From Bacteroidota bacterium (lineage in GTDB: Bacteria; Bacteroidota; Bacteroidia; Flavobacteriales; Flavobacteriaceae): 64,000 nucleotides of DNA. The position numbers and the translations under genes were made by a program. Shown here piece by piece: positions 1-11,120 of this stretch. The notes beneath the pieces are model-generated. The model saw only the letters and a program-made list of their open reading frames with translations, had not been told where the DNA came from and searched no databases. How positions within the stretch are numbered: the first letter of the stretch is position 1; every line of letters begins with the position of its first letter. The stretch is taken from positions 35,431 to 99,430 of the forward strand of contig JBCDAX010000008.1 of assembly GCA_039184805.1 (NCBI GenBank). Direction: 5' to 3'.

Positions 1-542
1 GCCCTGCAAACAAATTTATCATCGTTCAGCACATGGAACTCATCGGGATAGGTAATTACACAACCTACATGAACTCCCATTTTTTCTACTTCCTCCTTGT
101 CTTTGGCTCCTATGTCTATAAAAATATTATCCAACTTGGGAGCTTCTTCTTTTCCAGCCTTTCGGGTATGAATCGCAGGCCAACCGAATACACCTTTAAC
201 TATTCCGGTTTTGGTATGGATGTTAACCCATTTTGAAGGTGCTATTTGATGGTCACTACCTCCATTACGGATAACATAAATCAAACCGTTGTCTGTAATG
301 TAATTCACATACCAGGATATCTCATCGGAATGGCCCTCGATGACCACTTTATAGTCTGCTTCTGGATTGATAACCGCGACAGCAGTACCATAAGTATCCG
401 TGATGAAGTCATCGACATAGGGTTTCAAATAATCCATCCAGATTTTCTGACCCTCCCACTCGTAACCCGTAGGTGAGGCATTGTTTAGGTATTTTTCAAA
501 GAATTCCAGAGATTGGTCGGTAATGATTTTTGATGTTGACAT
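1..542 (-). CDS. M42 family metallopeptidase (5' part; runs off the left edge)
   Basis: Not in the ORF track. Manual translation from ATG at 542: MSTSKIITDQSLEFFEKYLNNASPTGYEWEGQ...VVIEGHSDEI...FIDIGA..., matching the M42 aminopeptidase SP-G-E and H-x-DE motifs. Confidence 0.88.
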   Translation of the reverse strand, partial: MSTSKIITDQSLEFFEKYLNNASPTGYEWEGQKIWMDYLKPYVDDFITDTYGTAVAVINPEADYKVVIEGHSDEISWYVNYITDNGLIYVIRNGGSDHQIAPSKWVNIHTKTGIVKGVFGWPAIHTRKAGKEEAPKLDNIFIDIGAKDKEEVEKMGVHVGCVITYPDEFHVLNDDKFVCR

Positions 543-644
543 GTATTCAGATTAGAAAACAAACTTAACAATATTCACTTTTATTTAATAGCCCATTTTT
601 GGCTTTATCCTTAATTTTACTCAAAGATTTGTTAAAGAATTTTA

Positions 645-1328
645 ATGTTGAAGTACCAAATCACCGCTATTGTTTCCCTTTTGGCATGGTCTGTTTTTTC
701 CCAGGAGATTTCTAAGGATTCTGTAGCCGATTATTATGTTCGGTTTGAAGGAGACTCCATTCTACGGAGTTCCATTGAATTGGATGAGGTCTTCATTTTC
801 AGTAAACTGGAGTTTGCCGATAGAAAAGAAAAGCTACGCTATTATATCTTGAGAAGAAAGACTCTCAAGGTCTATCCCTACGCAAAACTAGCTGCTGAAC
901 GATTGGTGGAACTGAACGATAGTTTGGATAAAATCAAAAAGAAGAGACATAAAAAACGATATACCAAAAAGGTTCAGAAATATATTGAGGGAGAGTTTGC
1001 AGAAGAACTAAAAAAGCTCACCCGTACCGAGGGTCAAATATTGGTAAAGTTGATTTACAGGCAAACCGGTAAGACAGCTTTTGGTCTTGTGAAGGAACTA
1101 CGCAGTGGTTGGCGTGCTTTCTGGTACAACACTACAGCAAAGGCCTTTAAGATAAGTATCAAAGAGGAATTTCACCCTGAATATGTTCATGAAGATTACC
1201 TGATTGAAGATATATTGCAACGCGCATTCGCAGCCGATAAACTGGTGCGGCAGAAATCGGTTTTGGACTATGACTACGCACTTTTGAGCAACAAGTGGAA
1301 AAACAACCCGACCACCAAAAAGGAATAA
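645..1328 (+). CDS. DUF4294-like exported protein
   Basis: 227 aa with signal peptide and YPYAKLA...LKKLTRTEGQILVKLI motif typical of the Bacteroidota DUF4294 family (recall). Confidence 0.75.
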   Translation: MLKYQITAIVSLLAWSVFSQEISKDSVADYYVRFEGDSILRSSIELDEVFIFSKLEFADRKEKLRYYILRRKTLKVYPYAKLAAERLVELNDSLDKIKKKRHKKRYTKKVQKYIEGEFAEELKKLTRTEGQILVKLIYRQTGKTAFGLVKELRSGWRAFWYNTTAKAFKISIKEEFHPEYVHEDYLIEDILQRAFAADKLVRQKSVLDYDYALLSNKWKNNPTTKKE

Positions 1329-1331
1329 CCG

Positions 1332-1565
1332 TTATGTTTTTGGTTTTTTACCGAAAAGGGCATCCATAAAAACCTTCATGGCATAGAAACCCAAAGCAAT
1401 TGCGGTAATGGCCAAAATAATTCCAATAATCAAAACAGGGATATAGGCTGGATGGTCTTGATTTTTAAAGGCCTGGTAGATGGTAAATGGTGCAAGAAAC
1501 ATGACACCAGCGGTATACCCCAAAAATTTAATGCCTTTGACCAAAAGTTTTTTATCCGTTCGCAT
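1332..1565 (-). CDS. Small two-TM membrane protein (DUF6095-like)
   Basis: 77 aa, two hydrophobic segments, YQAFKNQDHP motif. Confidence 0.65.
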   Translation of the reverse strand: MRTDKKLLVKGIKFLGYTAGVMFLAPFTIYQAFKNQDHPAYIPVLIIGIILAITAIALGFYAMKVFMDALFGKKPKT

Positions 1566-1620
1566 AAGGTCTAAAGTACTTATATTGCTTAAGAATTAAT
1601 AGTGTTTCACCAAAATAGAC

Positions 1621-2943
1621 ATGGTTTTTTTAATCCTGTTGGGAGCAATCCTGTTTATCATTCTGGCAACGGTACGTTTCAAAATGCATCCAGTTTTGTC
1701 TTTGACCATAGCTGCTGTATGTACAGGTCTTTTTTTGGGTATGTCACCCGCCGATGTCATTTCGAGTATGGGTGAAGGTTTAGGAAAGACCCTTTCTGGT
1801 ATAGCATTGGTCATCGCCTTTGGAAGTATTATTGGTGTTTATTTGGAAAAAACCGGAGCGACACAGATTTTGGCCCACACAATCCTGAAGTTGGTTGGGG
1901 ATAAGAAATCACCTCTCGCCATTAACCTTGCAGGTTTTGTCGTTTCCATTCCTGTCTTTTGTGATTCAGGATTCATCATACTTTCTCGATTGAACAAAGC
2001 ATTAAGCGCAAAAAGTGGGGTGCCTGTCTTGGTGTTCGCCATCGCCTTGTCCACAGGCTTATATGCCGCCCATGTTTTTGTACCCCCAACCCCAGGTCCT
2101 TTGGCAGCTGCAGCTATTCTAGAAGCCGACCTCGGTCTGGTTTTGTTGTTAGGCTTGGCTGTTGCCATCCCTGTTTCTGTGACCGGATATATATGGGCAA
2201 CCTTATCTGGAAAGTCCTTATCACAATCTGAAGTTGAAGATAGCGTAGAAGCCGAAGAGACCATAGCAGAGCTGTCGTTAAGTCCCTTTCAGGCTTTTTT
2301 ACCCCTTATGGTACCCATCCTCTTAATAGCCATGAAATCCATAGTAAATCATCCAAGTCATCCTTTGGGCGAAGGATACGTCTTTTCATTTCTTGATTTT
2401 ATTGGGAATCCTGTACTGGCTCTTTTGATTGGTGTCTTTTTTGCTTTCGGTTTGGCCCGAAAGGTCCCCAGTACCAAAAAATCCGGCTGGGTGCCCGAAG
2501 CTTTGAAACAAGCGGGCTCCATTGTATTGATTACAGGCGCTGGTGGAGCATTTGGCGCGGTTCTACGCACGGTTGATATTGCCAAAATTTTCGATTTAAG
2601 TTCCGTTTCGGGTTGGGCAAGTCTTCTCATAGTTTTTGCAATAGCGGCCACCTTAAAGACTGCCCAGGGTTCTTCCACAGTGGCTATAATCACTACTTCC
2701 GCTATTGTGGGCCCTTTATTGGTAAGCTTTGGACTGATTTCTGAAATGGACAAGGCACTGGTTGTATTGGCCATAGGTGCTGGTGCTATGACCGTTTCCC
2801 ATATCAACGATAGTTACTTTTGGGTAGTTTCCCAATTCTCTAAGATGGACGTCAAAACTGCTCTTAAGGGACATAGCTTGGCTACCTTATTTCAAGGTTT
2901 GGTCGCTATACTTTTAATACTTCTACTGAAATTATTTTTCTAG
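1621..2943 (+). CDS. GntP family permease (gluconate/sugar-acid:H+ symporter)
   Basis: 440 aa polytopic membrane protein; IPVFCDSGFIIL, PPTPGP, KTAQGSSTVA and SHINDSYFW are GntP hallmarks. Confidence 0.9.
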   Translation: MVFLILLGAILFIILATVRFKMHPVLSLTIAAVCTGLFLGMSPADVISSMGEGLGKTLSGIALVIAFGSIIGVYLEKTGATQILAHTILKLVGDKKSPLAINLAGFVVSIPVFCDSGFIILSRLNKALSAKSGVPVLVFAIALSTGLYAAHVFVPPTPGPLAAAAILEADLGLVLLLGLAVAIPVSVTGYIWATLSGKSLSQSEVEDSVEAEETIAELSLSPFQAFLPLMVPILLIAMKSIVNHPSHPLGEGYVFSFLDFIGNPVLALLIGVFFAFGLARKVPSTKKSGWVPEALKQAGSIVLITGAGGAFGAVLRTVDIAKIFDLSSVSGWASLLIVFAIAATLKTAQGSSTVAIITTSAIVGPLLVSFGLISEMDKALVVLAIGAGAMTVSHINDSYFWVVSQFSKMDVKTALKGHSLATLFQGLVAILLILLLKLFF

Positions 2944-2961
2944 AGTTAGAATCTCAAAGAA

Positions 2962-5403
2962 CTAAAATTTGAAGTTGTAAGTTACCGAAGGAATTATTCC
3001 AAAAATAGAGGTTCGGAGCGCTTCGTTTCTTCCCGTATCTTCATTTTCCCTAAAGTTGATTGAAGCTGCATTCATCCGGTTGTACACATTATAAATGCTA
3101 AAGACCCATTCAGATTGAATCTTTTTTCGCTTATTTCTTTTTGGTGTAAGGGTAGCGGAAACGTCCAAACGATGGAAATCTGGCAAGCGCTCTTGGTTGC
3201 GGAGCCCGAAGAAAGGAACCGTTAGACCTCGGAACTCGAACTGGCCTTCTGGGAAATTTGTGGGTTGCCCGGTTTGATACACAAAATTCGCATTGAAATT
3301 CCACTTTTCGTTTAAATCGTAGCTCCCAAAAATGGCAATATCATGGGTCTTATCGAATGGGGTATTGTACCATTCCCCGAAATTGATACCTGTTTCCACT
3401 ACGGGTTGTCCGTTTTGGTCCAAAACACCGGTTCTACCTGGAGTTCTCTGTTCGGATTTTGATAAGGTATACGCCAGCCAACCCTTGAAGGCACCTTGGT
3501 TTTTACGTAACAGTAGTTCCAAACCATAGGCCCGTGCCTCGCCATTCAGGATAACTCGTTCAATGGCATCATTGGCTATTAAGTCTGCACCGTCTATGTA
3601 ATCGATTCTGTTTTGAATGTCTTTATAAAAGGCTTCCACCTCCAAAGAAAATTCGCCATCCTTAATGTTACGGAAGTATCCTACAGCATATTGGTCCAAC
3701 AACTGCGGTTCAACAAAGGGACCACTTGGTGTCCAAACATCTAATGGAGTAGGGGAATTGGTATTGGAAAGGAGGTGTAGGTATTGTGCTAAACGTGTAT
3801 AACTTGCTTTAAAAGAGCTTTTTCCATTAAAGTTATAAGCTAAGGACACGCGAGGCTCCAAATTGGTAAAGCGCTCTAGACTGCCGCCTCTACCCGGGTC
3901 AATGGTGTCAGTAGGTCTGGCTTCTCTATATACTTCGAAAGTAGAATCAAAAATTAAAGGATTGTCATTTTCATACACAAAAAGCTCATCCTGTCCCAAG
4001 CGATTGAAATGGCTGACCCGAAGACCATAGTTGAGGCTTAACCGTTCGCTTACCTTATGCTCCACACTTACATAAGCGGCCGTCTCATTGGCATATTTTT
4101 TTGTGAGTTGGTCTTCAACAATTCCAGAATCTTCACGGTTTGGGATTATTTTTCCTGGGTTGAAGACGTAATAAATATTGTTTAGACCATAATCTAAAGT
4201 AAACTTGTCATTGAGGTAATGCTTTAGGTCATACTTTAGGTTAAAGTTTTGAATGCCTGAATCCCACTCAAAGCCCACAAAATCAAGCTCCAAGCCATAA
4301 AAATAATCGGAGTAAATGATAGAGAGATTGGAAAACAGTTTGTCGGAGAAAAGATGGTTCCATCGGAAGTTGCCCACTGCATTTCCATACAGATTTACAA
4401 AACTATCGTTGATGCTGAACAAGTCCCTTCCAAAATAACCTGACAAGAAGATGCTGTTTCGCTCATTGATTCTATGATTTATCTTAGTATTTAAATCGTA
4501 GAAATAGGCCCTGTTATTGATATCGAATAGGGGGAGAAACAAATGGGCATACGAAGCTCTGCCTCCAACCAAAAACGCGGTCCTATTCTCATCAATTGGG
4601 CCTTCAATAAGCAGTCTACTGGCAACGGCGCCAATACCCCCACTTACTTTAAGCTCTTTGCTATTTCCTTCTTTCTGGAAAATATCCAGTACAGAAGAAA
4701 GACGACCTCCATATCTTGCTGGGATACCTCCTTTAAACAATTTTACATCCTTAATGGCATCTGGATTAAAAACAGAGAAAAATCCAAAGAGGTGAGAGGA
4801 ATTAAAAACAATGGCTTCGTCTAAAAGTATCAAGTTTTGGTCGGCTGCGCCCCCACGCACATTGAATCCTGAGGACGCTTCACCAGCATTGGTTACACCA
4901 GGTAAAAGAACCAATGATTTTATAACATCCGCTTCACCAAGAACCACGGGAATCTGCTTTATAGTTTGGGAAGACAGACTGTTTACGCTTATCTGGGGTT
5001 TTCTTATGTCCAGTTTTTCAACATCTTCCGTTACCACAACTTCATCCAATTGAGACATCTCTTCTTCTAAATCAAAATCCATTTTGATGTCCTGGGTTAA
5101 TGAAATTCTTTCCCTAATGTCCTGAAAACCTAGATAACTTATAATAACATTGTATTCTCCTTCTGGTACTGTGATAGAATAAAAGCCGTATTCATTAGTG
5201 GTAACTCCAGTTTTTAGCTCAGGAAATAGGACGGTAACACCAATCAAAGTTTCATTACTGGCTGCTTCGGATATCGTACCACTGAGCGTATACTTTTCCT
5301 GGGCAGAGACTATACCAAGTGTTAGAAAACATAAAATCAGCAATGCTTTTTTGAACAACTGGATATTATTTAAAAGCTTATCTAAGAGTTTTTTGAAAGT
5401 CAT
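2962..5403 (-). CDS. TonB-dependent receptor with N-terminal carboxypeptidase-regulatory-like domain
   Basis: 813 aa; plug motif LPGV...GFNVRGGAADQNLILLD; C-terminal YNFKF barrel signature. Confidence 0.92.
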   Translation of the reverse strand: MTFKKLLDKLLNNIQLFKKALLILCFLTLGIVSAQEKYTLSGTISEAASNETLIGVTVLFPELKTGVTTNEYGFYSITVPEGEYNVIISYLGFQDIRERISLTQDIKMDFDLEEEMSQLDEVVVTEDVEKLDIRKPQISVNSLSSQTIKQIPVVLGEADVIKSLVLLPGVTNAGEASSGFNVRGGAADQNLILLDEAIVFNSSHLFGFFSVFNPDAIKDVKLFKGGIPARYGGRLSSVLDIFQKEGNSKELKVSGGIGAVASRLLIEGPIDENRTAFLVGGRASYAHLFLPLFDINNRAYFYDLNTKINHRINERNSIFLSGYFGRDLFSINDSFVNLYGNAVGNFRWNHLFSDKLFSNLSIIYSDYFYGLELDFVGFEWDSGIQNFNLKYDLKHYLNDKFTLDYGLNNIYYVFNPGKIIPNREDSGIVEDQLTKKYANETAAYVSVEHKVSERLSLNYGLRVSHFNRLGQDELFVYENDNPLIFDSTFEVYREARPTDTIDPGRGGSLERFTNLEPRVSLAYNFNGKSSFKASYTRLAQYLHLLSNTNSPTPLDVWTPSGPFVEPQLLDQYAVGYFRNIKDGEFSLEVEAFYKDIQNRIDYIDGADLIANDAIERVILNGEARAYGLELLLRKNQGAFKGWLAYTLSKSEQRTPGRTGVLDQNGQPVVETGINFGEWYNTPFDKTHDIAIFGSYDLNEKWNFNANFVYQTGQPTNFPEGQFEFRGLTVPFFGLRNQERLPDFHRLDVSATLTPKRNKRKKIQSEWVFSIYNVYNRMNAASINFRENEDTGRNEALRTSIFGIIPSVTYNFKF

Positions 5404-5404
5404 T

Positions 5405-6217
5405 TTATTCCGCTACGGTAATAAATCTTGCGTCAAATTCGCTAATGGCGAAATAGCCGAACGGAAAATTGTCGCTGTTCGTTGTATTTAGAATATTTCC
5501 TTTAATGGTTGCAGGAGGTACCGCGAATGGCCCACCCCCATCTTCACCGGACTGGGTTAAGACTAGTTCTGTGTAGGTAGCAAATTCATCATCGATACCA
5601 AAAAGGGTAATAGGCAATAAATCCCCTGGGTCCACATTTTCGTAGAAATAGGAAAAGGTGATTTCGCTATCTTGAAAAAACTCGTCATCAATCACCAAGA
5701 AATTATCAAATCCAAAAGAGAAAAGGTAGTTGTTACGCTCTCCAGGAATATCGGTAAATGTTATGATAACTTCGGTTTCCTCTTCCTCATCAAAAAGAAA
5801 TCCGTCACCTTGAACGGCATTGTCAATAACGGGGGAGGGGTTCATGCGCTCGACTGCTGTATAAATTTCACCTGCATATAGAATGGTCAATGTATAATCC
5901 CTGTCGAATTGCAATTCAGGAAATCCAGAAGAGAAAACACCCGGTTCGTTTTCGGTAAGTGGAAAAACCTCACCAGTTTGCTCATCTGTAATGGTTACTG
6001 TAGCGTTTTCAGCTGGAGGTACTTCTTCATCAAAAAATGGAGCCGTAAGGGTAAGTCTAACCTCACCTACGGTTATTGGGTCACCATTACTCGTATTAAA
6101 CCCAATCAGTGCGTCAACCACCAAGCGCGGTTCCGAAGTAGGAAGGTCAACATCGATAACCTCTTCACAGGCAAAAAAAATAAGAGACAAAAAGAGAAAC
6201 AGCGATGCCTTGCGCAT
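5405..6217 (-). CDS. DUF4249-like lipoprotein, TBDR partner
   Basis: Lipobox IFFAC then EEVIDVDL...PRLVVDA; C-terminal PPATIKGNI...FPFGYF; start moved to ATG 6217 to give a normal signal length; 1 nt before the TBDR start. Confidence 0.75.
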   Translation of the reverse strand: MRKASLFLFLSLIFFACEEVIDVDLPTSEPRLVVDALIGFNTSNGDPITVGEVRLTLTAPFFDEEVPPAENATVTITDEQTGEVFPLTENEPGVFSSGFPELQFDRDYTLTILYAGEIYTAVERMNPSPVIDNAVQGDGFLFDEEEETEVIITFTDIPGERNNYLFSFGFDNFLVIDDEFFQDSEITFSYFYENVDPGDLLPITLFGIDDEFATYTELVLTQSGEDGGGPFAVPPATIKGNILNTTNSDNFPFGYFAISEFDARFITVAE

Positions 6218-6305
6218 TAAGGAGCAATTTTTAAGCATCTAAAATAGACAATCGCAATCGGAAAAAGTACGCTTTAACAGTTTCTTTAACCTTAATAAAC
6301 GAAAC

Positions 6306-8564
<2,259 letters not shown>

Positions 8565-8644
8565 TTATGGCTATTTTATGACTATTGGGAAACGGCTGGA
8601 AGTTAAAATTATGATAAGGGTAAGGAGAAGTGCATAACAAAACA

Positions 8645-8679
8645 AAAGCCATATCGATGTAGAACATTGATATGGCTTT
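8645..8679. terminator. Orphan 16-bp hairpin, terminator-like
   Basis: AAAGCCATATCGATGT-AGA-ACATTGATATGGCTTT; U-rich tail on the minus strand; no annotated gene ends here. Confidence 0.6.
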
Positions 8680-9123
8680 CTGAAAAGGGCCATTAGACTT
8701 TAAACTTACGTTTCCGCAAATTTGCAACCATTGATTGCATCCTTTGCCCCCTTTGACGTTTACTCAACACTAAATGCTTTTAATCTTTCAACTAAACCAC
8801 ATCTAAAGAGTATGTCCGTTGCTCCTGAATTTTATCAAGAAAGAAAATGCATTCCTTCTGCACATAAAATCCATTGGTTTTCTCCTCTTGATTTGCCAAA
8901 GCGTATCACGAATAGAAATTCTTTTTGAGATCAGTAGTGTTACTAATTTAAAAGAGAAACAACAGTTTTAAAGAACGTCAGACTTTAAAAGAATTAAGAA
9001 TTTGATAAACTCTCTTTCTTATTTCTTTGACTAAATTATTATAAAGGTTGAAAAAACCAAATTTTACAATAGGTTAAAAATCAACAATATATGAACGTTG
9101 GTTATTAACAATTGTTCATAAGA

Positions 9124-9149
9124 AAAGGGCATCCCTTGGAATGCCCTTT
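9124..9149 (-). terminator. Intrinsic terminator after rplS
   Basis: AAAGGGCAT-N8-ATGCCCTTT 25 nt past the rplS stop, followed by a U-run on the minus strand. Confidence 0.8.
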
Positions 9150-9174
9150 ACAATTCGGTAACATGGAGGAATTT

Positions 9175-9525
9175 TTATCCTCTAACCTCTTTAATACGTG
9201 CTTTTTTACCAGTCAATCCTCTGAAGTAGAAAATTCTGGAACGACGTACTTTTCCTTTTTTATTGACCTCAATTCTCTGAAGAGCTGGCATATTGATTGG
9301 AAAAATACGCTCCACACCAACTGTCCCTGACATTTTTCTTATGGTGAAAGTTTCAGTGGCACCTGTCCCTCTTCTTTGAATTACAACTCCTTTAAAGAAC
9401 TGTGTACGGGTTTTTTCACCCTCCTTGATTTCGTAGTAAACTGTAATTGTGTCACCCGATGAGAAGGCTGGAAAATCCTTTTTTTGGATAAATTCGTCTT
9501 CAATAAATTTTACTAAAGATTCCAT
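9175..9525 (-). CDS. rplS: 50S ribosomal protein L19
   Basis: 116 aa; F..GDTITVYYEIKEGEKTRTQFFKGVVI...ETFTIRKMSGTVGVERIFP. Confidence 0.98.
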   Translation of the reverse strand: MESLVKFIEDEFIQKKDFPAFSSGDTITVYYEIKEGEKTRTQFFKGVVIQRRGTGATETFTIRKMSGTVGVERIFPINMPALQRIEVNKKGKVRRSRIFYFRGLTGKKARIKEVRG

Positions 9526-9592
9526 GAGTCTTTTTTAGTGATTTAACAAAACTAACTTTCACGCCTTTCGTCAGAGGTTAATTTTGCGTGTG
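9526..9592 (-). ncRNA. Structured rplS 5' leader (candidate L19 ribosomal-protein leader)
   Basis: Between -7 element TACTTTTG (9593-9600) and the ATG: 10-bp stem CAAAATTAAC/GTTAGTTTTG (9547-9586) enclosing ACG-AAAGG-CGT; position fits the predicted Flavobacteria L19 leader as I recall it. Confidence 0.55.
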
Positions 9593-9629
9593 CAAAAGTA
9601 TCACTTTCTTATGAAAACCCAAGATAATA

Positions 9630-9959
9630 TTAGATGTTTTTGTGCGCTGCTTCTCTTTTTAGGTGTTGAATCGCAAAAAATAGGAGTCCCAAGGCAAAAA
9701 GGATATGTGGAATTTGACTGACAATACCGAAAATAGCATTGAATTTTACCACACTCTCGGCCCCATCATAAGCCATTAAGGTATTTCCCAAAAGTGAAAA
9801 GCCATAAAACAATACGGTAAAGAGGCTACCGAAAAACATAAGGCCAGAAGCCAGATTCCTCTTTTTGAAGAACAACATTCCCGTGGCAACAATAACCACT
9901 AATTGGAAAATGGTACTTATAACACCACTGGTCAAATAAAAAAATTCAAAGTTTTCCAT
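9630..9959 (-). CDS. Hypothetical membrane protein (3 TM)
   Basis: 109 aa hydrophobic; ATG 1 nt after the trmD stop. Confidence 0.7.
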   Translation of the reverse strand: MENFEFFYLTSGVISTIFQLVVIVATGMLFFKKRNLASGLMFFGSLFTVLFYGFSLLGNTLMAYDGAESVVKFNAIFGIVSQIPHILFALGLLFFAIQHLKREAAHKNI

Positions 9960-9960
9960 G

Positions 9961-10635
9961 TCATTTCAGTAAATCAGGTCGTTTTTCCTGGGTTTTTTGT
10001 AAAGCTTGTTCCTCACGCCATTCTTCAATTTTTGGTGTATTCCCACTAAGCAGGATCTTAGGTACCTCCATACCCTTGTATTCTGCGGGTCGTGTATATA
10101 CCGGAGGAGCTAGAAGATTATCCTGAAACGTATCCGTCAAGGCTGATGTTTCATTATTCAATACGCCGGGAATTAATCGAATTATAGCATCGCTGAGGAT
10201 AGCGGCGCCAAGTTCACCACCAGAAAGGACATAATCTCCCACGGAAATTTCTTTAGTTACAAACCTATCCCGTACCCGTTGATCGACTCCTTTGTAATGC
10301 CCACAAAGCATAATGATGTTACGTTTAAGGGAAAGTTGGTTTGCCATATTTTGGTTGAGCGTATCCCCATCTGGAGTCAAATAAATGATTTCATCATAAT
10401 CTCTTTCCTCCAAAAGCTTTGAAATGCAATTATCTATGGGCTCAATCATCAAAACCATACCAGCACCTCCTCCAAATTGATAATCATCCACTTGTTTGTA
10501 ATTTCCTTGGCCAAACTCCCTGAGGTTGTGTAGATGTACTTCTACAATGCCCTTATCAATTGCTCTTTTTAAAATAGAAGCCTCAAAAGGACTTCGTAAT
10601 AATTCAGGTAATACGGTAATGATATCTATCCTCAT
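9961..10635 (-). CDS. trmD: tRNA (guanine37-N1)-methyltransferase
   Basis: [37 protein letters not shown]. Confidence 0.97.
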   Translation of the reverse strand: MRIDIITVLPELLRSPFEASILKRAIDKGIVEVHLHNLREFGQGNYKQVDDYQFGGGAGMVLMIEPIDNCISKLLEERDYDEIIYLTPDGDTLNQNMANQLSLKRNIIMLCGHYKGVDQRVRDRFVTKEISVGDYVLSGGELGAAILSDAIIRLIPGVLNNETSALTDTFQDNLLAPPVYTRPAEYKGMEVPKILLSGNTPKIEEWREEQALQKTQEKRPDLLK

Positions 10636-10663
10636 GAATATAAGGTTGGATGCTTAAATCGAA

Positions 10664-11107
10664 TTAGTTGGTGTTGGTCCAAAAATAATGCAAGTAGGAT
10701 TTATCAAGTTCCCATCCCAAGCTTTCATACAATTTTTGTGCAGGATTATCCAGAGCTGTCTCCAGAGCCAGTCCTTTAAAACCTTTGGTTTTGCAAAAGG
10801 ATTTGGAATGTTCGAGCAATGCCTTGCCAACGCCTTGCTTTCGATGTTCCTTGGCCACATATAAATCATTTAAAATGTAAAACGGTCTTAGGGATACAGA
10901 AGAAAAGGTCTTGTATAACTGGGTGAATCCAACAACCTGTTCCTTTTCCAAAGCTATAAATATGATATTTTCACTTTTGGCGAAACGTTCCATCAGAAAA
11001 GTGCGCGCAGCTTCAATTTCTGAAGGTTTTCCATAAAAGATTCTATATGCATTGAACAAAGGAACAATCTGCTTGATATCCCCTTGGGTTGCCATTTTTA
11101 TCTCCAT
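10664..11107 (-). CDS. GNAT family N-acetyltransferase
   Basis: LNDLYVAKEHRKQGVGKALL acetyl-CoA motif; DNPAQKLYESLGW. Confidence 0.9.
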   Translation of the reverse strand: MEIKMATQGDIKQIVPLFNAYRIFYGKPSEIEAARTFLMERFAKSENIIFIALEKEQVVGFTQLYKTFSSVSLRPFYILNDLYVAKEHRKQGVGKALLEHSKSFCKTKGFKGLALETALDNPAQKLYESLGWELDKSYLHYFWTNTN

Positions 11108-11120
11108 GAGACAAATGTAG

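Noticed and set aside
1839-2807. Long antisense ORFs in gntP (141 and 149 aa) and similar ones in icd, ligA, coaBC and clpB
   Set aside because: Shadow ORFs opposite strong genes, with no family motifs or start context.
8700-8900. Seven GGA motifs on the minus strand, resembling CsrB/RsmZ sRNAs
   Set aside because: Only modestly above what a purine-rich strand gives, not clearly in hairpin loops, and CsrA is not a known Flavobacteriaceae regulator. Kept only as a generic sRNA candidate.
8722-8928. 68-aa + strand ORF in the icd-rplS gap
   Set aside because: No + strand -7 element, no terminator after it and no recognisable motif; not supportable as a CDS.
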